A program made the translations under genes and the position numbers. Under the pieces are notes generated by a model. The model was not told the DNA's origin, did no database searches, and worked only from the letters and a program-made list of their open reading frames with translations. A stretch of 46,474 nucleotides of DNA from an uncultured Chitinophagaceae bacterium (GTDB lineage Bacteria > Bacteroidota > Bacteroidia > Chitinophagales > Chitinophagaceae). Position 1 is the stretch's first letter. Each line of letters begins with the position of its first letter. The stretch is from positions 1 through 46,474 of the forward strand of contig CBFGLL010000001.1 in NCBI GenBank assembly GCA_965649585.1, read 5' to 3'. Shown here piece after piece: positions 38,932 to 46,474 of the stretch.

Positions 38932-39300
38932 ATGAAAACGAAGAGGATATTGATTATAGACGATGAAGTGGAACTCACCTACCTGTTAAAGCGATACCTG
39001 GAACGCAAAGACTGTTCGGTAGAGGTAGCCCACAACCTGGAAGAAGGTATTAAGAAGCTGGATAGCATAGACCCCTATTATATATTGCTTGATAATAATC
39101 TCCCCGATGGATTGGGGTGGGAAAAAGCAAATTACATACGGGAAAATCATCCGGAAAGCCGCCTGGTGCTAATGAGCGGTGCCGACGCAAGGCAGATCCC
39201 CGGGGAAAATTTCAAAATCCTGGAAAAACCTTTTTCATTGGAACAACTGGAACAACTGATGTTTTGCAGAAGACCCTCAAAACACTTGCTGTCGCAATAA
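38932..39300 (+). CDS. Single-domain response regulator
   Basis: IIDDE, LDNNLPDG, MSG, KPF. Confidence 0.88.
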   Translation: MKTKRILIIDDEVELTYLLKRYLERKDCSVEVAHNLEEGIKKLDSIDPYYILLDNNLPDGLGWEKANYIRENHPESRLVLMSGADARQIPGENFKILEKPFSLEQLEQLMFCRRPSKHLLSQ

Positions 39301-39335
39301 AAATGTAGATTTTGCTACCCAACACTACCTATTTT

Positions 39336-40778
39336 TTACAGGTCGTAGTTTTTGAGTTTGTTGTATAAAGTCTTACGATCGATATTCAGCAGCTTGGCTG
39401 CTTTTACTTTGTTAAATTTCACCTGCTTTAATGCATTGAGAATGGTTTTATACTCTGCATCAGAAGCTGCATTTTTCAGGTCATATGGCTCTGCTTCAGC
39501 TATCTCCATTTCAGTTTCAGCTTCTGTGGATGCCGTGGCACTGCTTGCAGGTCTCGAACTTTTTTCGGGCATGGCAGGTAGTGAACCTAAAATTTCCCAG
39601 GCCAATGCATTGCTATTAATTTTTCCGCCCGATGTGAGCAGGCTGGCTCTGCGGATTACATTTCTGAACTCCCTCAGGTTGCCCGGCCATCCATAGTTCT
39701 GAAATAGCTGCAATACTTCATCTTCAAAACCTTCGAAGGTTTTTCCCAGTTCTGCGGAAACCTTGTCGAGGAAAAAATGCGCAAAAGCAGGTATATCATC
39801 TTTTCTCATTCTCAGCGGAGGAATGGAAATAGAAAATTCATTAAAACGATGGTAAAGATCTTCCCTGAATTTTCCTGCCTTATAAGCTTCCTGAAGGTTT
39901 TCGTTTGATGCTACAATGATGCGTACATCGGTATGAATATCTTTGCTGTCACCCACTTTTTTAAACTTTCTTTCCTGTATCACACGCAGCAGAACCATTT
40001 GTACATCCAGTGGAAGATTGGCAATTTCATCGAGGAAAATAGTACCGCCATTGGCTGCTTCAAAAAAACCAACTTTATCAGCTATTGCGCCGGTAAAAGA
40101 TCCTTTGATATGCCCAAAAAGCTCGCTGGCAGCCAGTTCCCGGGACAGGGTACCACAGTCAACCGCCAAAAATGGTTTGTTTTTTCTTTTGCTATTCTGG
40201 TGAATAATTTTTGCGATAACCTCCTTACCTGTACCACTTTCACCGTAAATGATAACGCTGTAATCAGTAGGGGCTACCATCTCAATATCCTTGAACACCT
40301 GGGTCATTTTTTTATCCTTTCCCAGCATGATATTGTCATCTACATCCAAACCTTTTTTAGGTTTGGCAGTGTCTGTTTTGGTGGATTTCGTCTCCACTAC
40401 CGGCACCGCTTTTTTAGGCTCTTCTTCCAGTGCCTTTTGAATCACTTTCAATAATTCTTCGGGCATCAGGGGTTTTGTGATGTAGTCAAACGCACCCAGA
40501 CGCATAATTTCTACCGCCATCTTGATATCAGAATAGCCGGTAACCATGATAACCGGTAAGGAGGGACTGATAGATTTTACCTGCTCCAGCACCTGCTTGC
40601 CGTCCATATCACCAAGCCGATAGTCGCACAATAAAATGTCGTAATGGTTGGTTTTTAATTCTTCCAGCCCCTTTTTTCCGGAACTGGCAGCTTGTGCATC
40701 GTATCCTTTGCGCTTTAAAAAGTTGCAAAGTAATTGGCACATATCAACATCGTCGTCAATAATTAATATTCTACTCAT
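39336..40778 (-). CDS. Sigma54-dependent (NtrC-like) response regulator
   Basis: Receiver domain; GESGTGKE; ELFGH..GSFTGA; FLDEI; WPGNLRE; C-terminal Fis-type HTH. Confidence 0.95.
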   Translation of the reverse strand: MSRILIIDDDVDMCQLLCNFLKRKGYDAQAASSGKKGLEELKTNHYDILLCDYRLGDMDGKQVLEQVKSISPSLPVIMVTGYSDIKMAVEIMRLGAFDYITKPLMPEELLKVIQKALEEEPKKAVPVVETKSTKTDTAKPKKGLDVDDNIMLGKDKKMTQVFKDIEMVAPTDYSVIIYGESGTGKEVIAKIIHQNSKRKNKPFLAVDCGTLSRELAASELFGHIKGSFTGAIADKVGFFEAANGGTIFLDEIANLPLDVQMVLLRVIQERKFKKVGDSKDIHTDVRIIVASNENLQEAYKAGKFREDLYHRFNEFSISIPPLRMRKDDIPAFAHFFLDKVSAELGKTFEGFEDEVLQLFQNYGWPGNLREFRNVIRRASLLTSGGKINSNALAWEILGSLPAMPEKSSRPASSATASTEAETEMEIAEAEPYDLKNAASDAEYKTILNALKQVKFNKVKAAKLLNIDRKTLYNKLKNYDL

Positions 40779-40827
40779 AAATGGGATAAAAAAACTTGCC
40801 TACTAAAATAAGAGTCTGCTGCGAGAA

Positions 40828-40844
40828 TTCAAAAAACAGGCCAA
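40828..40844 (-). promoter_or_regulatory. Candidate sigma54-type promoter of the NtrC-like gene
   Basis: TTGGCCTGTTTTTTGAA (GG-N10-GA). Confidence 0.45.
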
Positions 40845-40966
40845 GCATAAATTATATATGCAAAAACTATATATTGGCTTTATAGGGAAACAGCAGCTGG
40901 CTTCAATTTCAGAAATATATAACAAAAATGTTACCAACGCCGTTTATGCAGTGATAAGGTACAAAC

Positions 40967-41623
40967 TTATCCCGGCATTCTACCAATATACTTTTCAATT
41001 TGTTTAATTTGATCCACAATTTGTGGAGTGGTGGGTTTGTAACTTTTTGCCTTTGCGAAGTATTGTTTCGCAGCCCTGAACTCTCTTTTGTTCATCATTA
41101 CGGAACATAACTGAAGGTAGGCCGCTGCATAGTTCTCATTATCGGGCAGGCCGGCCCTGATGGCCTGGCGGATATAAGCCTCCCCCTCTTTGATATTACC
41201 CTTTTGCATAGAAAGCATCCCCAGCTGCAGCTTATTGGGACCTTCCGCCTGTTTGGTAAGACTGCCGCCGCCCAGGGCAAGGCTTTTTTTCATGTGCTTC
41301 TCTGCTGCTTCCATATCCTGGTCCACCATGGCAAGATTGCCCTTAATGGTATAGTACACCGAGCGCATGGGTTTAATGAGCAGGCCCGGGAATGCAATAC
41401 CGTCCACCACTTTTTTGGCTGCTTCCATATCGCCGGCTTCCATATGGGTTTGAATGAGCCGCATGGGTCCCAATAAAAAATGCCCGAGGATAAAAATAAC
41501 TGCCAATAAATATAATATAAAGGCTGGCCAGAAACTGGTTTGATAATTTACAAATATTGCGAGCGCAAGCATGGCTATTCCCAACCAGAGCCTGTATTTA
41601 ATGAAAGTATTCAACCACTGCAT
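40967..41623 (-). CDS. Membrane-anchored TPR-like hypothetical protein
   Basis: Two N-terminal TMs followed by helical TPR-like repeats. TATCTTTG promoter at 41644-41651. Confidence 0.75.
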   Translation of the reverse strand: MQWLNTFIKYRLWLGIAMLALAIFVNYQTSFWPAFILYLLAVIFILGHFLLGPMRLIQTHMEAGDMEAAKKVVDGIAFPGLLIKPMRSVYYTIKGNLAMVDQDMEAAEKHMKKSLALGGGSLTKQAEGPNKLQLGMLSMQKGNIKEGEAYIRQAIRAGLPDNENYAAAYLQLCSVMMNKREFRAAKQYFAKAKSYKPTTPQIVDQIKQIEKYIGRMPG

Positions 41624-41715
41624 TTTCCAAAAATTTTAGGGCGCAAAGATAGGCAGGCTTTGCTGATTTCCGCCCTTTGATAAATGTTTTCCTGTAGCTT
41701 GTCTGCACAAAAAGA

Positions 41716-41743
41716 AAAACCCGGAACGGGTGTTCCGGGTTTT
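41716..41743 (-). terminator. Terminator directly after the tRNA
   Basis: aaaacccggaac-gggt-gttccgggtttt hairpin, with an A-rich left flank. Confidence 0.75.
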
Positions 41744-41744
41744 G

Positions 41745-41816
41745 TAGTCCCGACAAGAATCGAACTTGTATCTAAAGTTTAGGAAACTTCTATTCTATCC
41801 ATTGAACTACGGGACC
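41745..41816 (-). tRNA. tRNA-Arg(CCT)
   Basis: GGTCCCG TAGTTCAATGGATAGAA TA GAAGT TTCCTAA ACTTT AGAT ACAAG TTCGATT CTTGT CGGGACT A. CCA is not encoded. Promoter TAGTTTTG at 41834-41841. Confidence 0.95.
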
Positions 41817-41952
41817 AGCGATTTTCAGGACGGCAAAACTATTGTTTTTCCGCTAAAACACAAGGAGAAAAAAATCAGGATGACATAATGGATCAGTACC
41901 TTCTTTTCTTCAAATACCAGGTTTCTTACATTTGAAAACAACTTTAAAAAAA

Positions 41953-42480
41953 ATGAAAGCAAAAATATTGCTGTGGCTCCTGCAGGTTTTAGTACTACAG
42001 GTTACAGCCCAAAACAAAAATTCTGTTGCAGATTTCACGGGCAAATGGAAGGGTAGCCTGGAGTGGAGCCGCCCCGGAAAAGCCCCTCAACTTTTTAGCA
42101 TGCAGTTAAATATTGCACACACCGGCGTAGCAAATAAATATTTATGGCAAATAAATTATGGCGATAGCGGCAAAGACATTCGCTCATACAGCCTGCAACC
42201 AGTAGATGCATCCACCGGCCACTGGGCCATTGATGAGCACAACGGCATAGTCCTCGATAATTATCTTATATCCAACTGCCTTACCGGATCCTTTACAGTA
42301 ACGGGAAACACCATCACCAACAGTTATTGCCTTGAAAATGGAAAGTTGAAAGTGGTTTTTATATCAATGAAAATGGCAGATAAAACAACCAGCGGCAAAG
42401 GAACTGATGATAGTCCCTCGGTTGATAGCTACCGGGTAACCGGCATGCAACAGGGGTGGCTGGAGAAGCAACAAGACTAG
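41953..42480 (+). CDS. Exported hypothetical protein
   Basis: Signal peptide MKAKILLWLL; FTGKWKGSL; IDEHNGIVLD. Confidence 0.75.
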   Translation: MKAKILLWLLQVLVLQVTAQNKNSVADFTGKWKGSLEWSRPGKAPQLFSMQLNIAHTGVANKYLWQINYGDSGKDIRSYSLQPVDASTGHWAIDEHNGIVLDNYLISNCLTGSFTVTGNTITNSYCLENGKLKVVFISMKMADKTTSGKGTDDSPSVDSYRVTGMQQGWLEKQQD

Positions 42481-42539
42481 CCCTGTACATTTTCGCTTAA
42501 TTTTGCCACAACTCAACAATTGTTCACACAGCGGAAAAT

Positions 42540-43913
42540 ATGTCTCAACCATCGGAAACCTTTTTAGCAAAGAGCACCATCAAGGCGGCAGACCTGCAAC
42601 ACAGGCGTACCATCAATTTTAACATGAGCCGCTACAATGCAGCGGTTCCCAAGGGTAAGGAACAGTTTGAACACCTGGAGTTGGCAAGGGAACGTGCAAA
42701 GAATATAAAATGGCGTGCCATAGAAACCCTGGATAAACAACTGGAGCAGTTTGAATCAATTTTTACCAGCAGGGGCGGAAAAGTAATTTGGGCAGAAACC
42801 GCCACAGATGCAATTGATGCGATTGTGAGTATCTGCAAAGAAAAAAACTGCAAAACCCTGGTGAAAAGTAAAAGCATGGCCACTGAAGAAATTCACCTGA
42901 ATGCAGCCATGGAGGCCAATGGAATTGAAAGCGTTGAAACCGACCTGGGCGAATACATACAACAGTTAGATGGCGAAGCACCTTACCATATTGTAACACC
43001 AGCGATGCATAAAAGCAAAGAGGATGTTGCCAATTTATTTGCCCGCAAATTAGGAACCGACCCATCGCTTACCCCCGAACAACTCACCCTGGTTGCCAGG
43101 AATATTTTACGACAGAAATACGTAGATGCACAGGTGGGGGTAACCGGTGCCAACTTCATCATCAGCGATATTGGGGGAATAGCCATTACAGAAAATGAAG
43201 GTAATGCCAGGTTGAGTTGCGCCTTTCCTAAAACCCATATTGTACTGGTAGGAATTGAAAAGGTAATCCCTTCTATTACCGACCTGGCTTTGGTCTGGCC
43301 ATTGCTCAGCACATTTGGTACCGGGCAAAAAATCACTTCTTACAGCAGCATTGTAACCGGCCCAAGGCAGACAAATGAAACTGATGGACCCGAGGAAATG
43401 ATTGTTATACTCATGGACAATGGCCGCACGAATATATTGGCCAACCCGGTACAGAGAGAAAGCCTGTATTGCATACGCTGTGGCGCCTGCCTCAATGCAT
43501 GCCCTGTATATAAAAACATTGGTGGGCATGCTTATGGTACCACATACAGCGGGCCCATTGGAAGCGTTATCACCCCACACCTGCGTGGCATGGACGAATA
43601 TAAACACCTGAGTTATGCTTCCTCGCTTTGCGGCAACTGCACAGAAGTTTGTTCTGTAAAGATCAACCTGCACGAACTATTGTTGGAAAACAGGAAGGAA
43701 TCCGTTGAGGAGGGCAACACGGGTTTTGCGGAAAGAGCCGCATGGAAAATGTGGAAGCTGGCCAGCCTTAACCGCAGGATGATGAACATGGGCAATGGCG
43801 GCCTTAAAAACAAAGTGGTGAACGGGCTATTTAAAGGCTGGAAGAAAAACCGGGCTGACCTGGATTTTAGCGCAAAAACATTTGATGAGATGTGGAGAGA
43901 TCGTTTTAAATAA
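42540..43913 (+). CDS. lutB: Lactate utilization Fe-S protein LutB/LldF
   Basis: VKSKSM, ETDLGE, NEGNARL, CIRCGACLNACP, SSLCGNCTEVC. Confidence 0.92.
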   Translation: MSQPSETFLAKSTIKAADLQHRRTINFNMSRYNAAVPKGKEQFEHLELARERAKNIKWRAIETLDKQLEQFESIFTSRGGKVIWAETATDAIDAIVSICKEKNCKTLVKSKSMATEEIHLNAAMEANGIESVETDLGEYIQQLDGEAPYHIVTPAMHKSKEDVANLFARKLGTDPSLTPEQLTLVARNILRQKYVDAQVGVTGANFIISDIGGIAITENEGNARLSCAFPKTHIVLVGIEKVIPSITDLALVWPLLSTFGTGQKITSYSSIVTGPRQTNETDGPEEMIVILMDNGRTNILANPVQRESLYCIRCGACLNACPVYKNIGGHAYGTTYSGPIGSVITPHLRGMDEYKHLSYASSLCGNCTEVCSVKINLHELLLENRKESVEEGNTGFAERAAWKMWKLASLNRRMMNMGNGGLKNKVVNGLFKGWKKNRADLDFSAKTFDEMWRDRFK

Positions 43914-43988
43914 CATACAGGTTACCGGCCTTTATGTTGTGGCATGAATTTTACATCCTGAAAGACAGGATCATAATTTAACTTCTCA

Positions 43989-45272
43989 ATGCTTATATAC
44001 GCTCACCAAACCAGCGCAAGACTTCAATACATATGTAAATTCATCTTTGGCGAACAACTGGGGATTGGCTACAGCCTTACCATTGACTCCGAAAGTTTTA
44101 AAGAACACGATGGACCGAAAATAAATTACAGCGACCTGGAAATGGATGCAAATGTGTTCACTTTAAAAAATCATCCGCTGCTTTTTGAGAAAGACATCCG
44201 TGAGCAGCCTGTTTCCTGTTTGGAGCACAATGGCAATAAAGCCTTTTTTAAAACTGAAGGAAGCGACTATCCCTTCGACATTTTGGCGGCCAGTTTTTAT
44301 TTATTAAGTCGCTATGAAGAATACCTGCCGCATACAAAGGATCAATATGGAAGGTATGCGCATGAAAACTCCCTCGCATTTAAAGAAGGATTTTTGCATA
44401 CTGCTTTAGTGAACAGGTGGCTGATGGATTTTGCAGTTGCTTTACAGGCAAAATTCCCGGAACAAAATATCATCAGGCCTGCTTTTTCATTTACACCCAG
44501 CTACGATATTGATATTGCCTGGAGCTACCGCAACAAGGGTTTGCTGAGAAATATCGGTGGCTTCTTTAAAAAACCATCGCTCCAAAGGTGGGCTGTGATA
44601 CTGGGCTTTAAAAAAGACCCCTTTGATGTATACGCCTATCTCAACGAGCTACATAATAAATACAACCTTACACCTATTTACTTCTTTTTAGTGGCCACCA
44701 AAAACGGGGAATACGATAAAAATATCTCCCCCTACCAACATTCCATGTGGCAGTTGATGAAAAATCATTCTAAAAAATACGAAATAGGTTTACATCCCTC
44801 TTACAAAAGCAATGACAAGCCCGGGCTGCTGAAAAAAGAAAAACATATTCTTGAAACAGCCACCGGTAATTGTATCGAGGCCTCCAGGCAACATTATATT
44901 AAACTAAACTTTCCGGACACCTATGAACATCTGACAGAAGCCGGCATCACCCACGAGTACAGCATGGGATATGGCAGTATCAATGGCTTTAGGGCAAGCG
45001 TGGCTTCCCCATTTTTCTGGTACAATTTAAAATCGGATGAGCCTACAAAATTGAGAGTACATCCCTTTTGCTTTATGGATGCCAATAGTTTTTATGAACA
45101 AAAACAGGATGCAGGCACATCGTTGCAGGAATTAAAAAATTATTGCCAGGAGTGTAAAAAAGTGCATGGTCAAATGATCACCATCTTCCACAATAGCTTT
45201 TTAGGCACTGACCCACTTTATAGCGGCTGGCAGAAAATGTACGATGAATTTATATCTCAGCTTCAACAATAA
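43989..45272 (+). CDS. Polysaccharide deacetylase-like protein (DUF7033 type)
   Basis: ASFYLLSRYEE; SYDID; GLHPSY; RQHY; GFRAS; FHN. Confidence 0.8.
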   Translation: MLIYAHQTSARLQYICKFIFGEQLGIGYSLTIDSESFKEHDGPKINYSDLEMDANVFTLKNHPLLFEKDIREQPVSCLEHNGNKAFFKTEGSDYPFDILAASFYLLSRYEEYLPHTKDQYGRYAHENSLAFKEGFLHTALVNRWLMDFAVALQAKFPEQNIIRPAFSFTPSYDIDIAWSYRNKGLLRNIGGFFKKPSLQRWAVILGFKKDPFDVYAYLNELHNKYNLTPIYFFLVATKNGEYDKNISPYQHSMWQLMKNHSKKYEIGLHPSYKSNDKPGLLKKEKHILETATGNCIEASRQHYIKLNFPDTYEHLTEAGITHEYSMGYGSINGFRASVASPFFWYNLKSDEPTKLRVHPFCFMDANSFYEQKQDAGTSLQELKNYCQECKKVHGQMITIFHNSFLGTDPLYSGWQKMYDEFISQLQQ

Positions 45273-46173
45273 CTTTTTGTTGCGTGCGCCTTACGCTTAG
45301 GTTTACCAGGTAAACACCTACGAGTGTTACCATGGAACCCCATAAAATATTGATGGTTAGCTTTTCATTGATGAGCAGGGCCCCCAGTACCATCGCCACC
45401 AAAGGATTTACATAGGCATACAAAGATGCAATGGCAGCAGGCAGCTTTTTCATAGAGTAAATAAATGCCACAAAGGCAACGATTGAACCGAATACTACCA
45501 GGTAAAATATTACGCCCCACACTTTTAAAGAAATATCAGCAAATGGAATACTTTGGTTTGAACTCTCTGCCCATATCAAAAGAATAATGGAGCTGAAGAG
45601 CATTTGCCAGCCCGTGCCGTAATAGGGATTGAGCTCTGCTTTATTACGCATGAGAAACACGGTACCAACACTCCAGCTCAGCATGGCGATCAACGAAAGA
45701 CAAAGCCCGATAAGCATGGATGCATTGATGCCATCAAATGCATTTTCAAAAAACACAATGATCACACCAGTAAAACCAAGGAATAAACCAATATAAGTGA
45801 GTTTTGAAAGCGCCTTGCTTTTAAAAAATAAACGTTCAATTATAACAACACTTAATGGATACAATGCACCTATAAGTGCACTGAGACCCGAGGGTATCCA
45901 TTTTAAACTCCAGGTGCTAAGGCCATTGGCAAATACAAACATGAGTACACTCATTACCAGCAACCAGCGAAATTGTTTTGAAGAAGGAAGGGGAAATTTT
46001 TTGAACCATAAAAAGAACCCGACAAAACATAACCCGGCAATGAACTGGCGTATATAAGCCATTTGTAATGCCGGAATTTCCATCACGCCTATCTTGCTCA
46101 CCACCCAGGTAGTGCCCCAGAAAAAACAGGTAGCAGCCAGCGCCAGGTAAGCTTTTCCCTTATTTTGTTTCAA
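45250..46173 (-). CDS. EamA/DMT family transporter
   Basis: About 10 TMs; FWGTTW; YAYVNPLVA. Confidence 0.9.
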   Translation of the reverse strand: MKQNKGKAYLALAATCFFWGTTWVVSKIGVMEIPALQMAYIRQFIAGLCFVGFFLWFKKFPLPSSKQFRWLLVMSVLMFVFANGLSTWSLKWIPSGLSALIGALYPLSVVIIERLFFKSKALSKLTYIGLFLGFTGVIIVFFENAFDGINASMLIGLCLSLIAMLSWSVGTVFLMRNKAELNPYYGTGWQMLFSSIILLIWAESSNQSIPFADISLKVWGVIFYLVVFGSIVAFVAFIYSMKKLPAAIASLYAYVNPLVAMVLGALLINEKLTINILWGSMVTLVGVYLVNLSVRRTQQKVIVEAEI

Positions 46174-46175
46174 GA

Positions 46176-46474
46176 TTAGTGTTTAAAATGCCTCATGCCG
46201 GTGATCACCATCGGCAGTTCGTGTTGTTTGCAATATTCTATTGAATCTTTATCTCTTATGGAACCACCCGGCTGAATAAAACTGTTGATACCGGCGGCGT
46301 GCGCAATTTTTACACAGTCATCAAAAGGAAAAAATGCATCACTGGCAAGGCATGCGTCCGTCAGATCAAAATTGAATTGTTTTGCTTTTTCAATAGCCTG
46401 ACGAAGGGCGTCAATACGGCTTGTTTGTCCACAGCCCTTCCCGATCAACTGCTTGTCTTTTACCAGGGCAATGG
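46176..46474 (-). CDS. purH: Bifunctional AICAR transformylase/IMP cyclohydrolase, 3' partial
   Basis: GQTSRID, ASDAFFPF, QPGGSIRD, RHFKH. The frame stays open to the window edge. Confidence 0.95.
   Translation of the reverse strand, partial: IALVKDKQLIGKGCGQTSRIDALRQAIEKAKQFNFDLTDACLASDAFFPFDDCVKIAHAAGINSFIQPGGSIRDKDSIEYCKQHELPMVITGMRHFKH

Noticed and set aside
41745-41816. tRNA as an integration site of an island
   Set aside because: No integrase and no duplicated tRNA 3' end seen in the window. The terminator directly follows the tRNA.
45250-45272. Convergent 23-bp gene overlap as a regulatory feature
   Set aside because: Short 3' overlaps are common, and there is no further evidence.

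Overview
Chromosomal window of a Bacteroidota bacterium, probably Chitinophagaceae-like (inferred from TAnnTTTG promoters, split metH, DUF5777/YceI genes and lipoprotein style). It is mostly housekeeping: kbl, polA, split metH, recR, a UvrD-nuclease fusion, lutB, partial purH and tRNA-Arg(CCT). It also has an ECF sigma/anti-sigma/beta-barrel operon and a sigma54 two-component cluster. Four things stand out. (1) A ~7.9 kb module (23248-31166) encodes two c-type cytochrome lipoproteins, two YceI proteins, a DUF5777-like beta-barrel, an OB-fold protein and a LytS/LytTR pair; both of its promoter regions share a 31-bp direct-repeat motif. (2) A GxxExxY nuclease-fold gene flanked by 36-bp inverted repeats sits exactly between the two halves of metH, downstream of a probable SAM-II (long loop) riboswitch. 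(3) At the left edge, an AT-rich gene is bracketed by two inverted REP-like palindromes, next to a probable RAYT transposase remnant and an 11-bp periodic repeat. (4) polA, recR and the helicase appear to have leaderless or near-leaderless promoters. Family assignments come from motif recognition only; no database searches were run.
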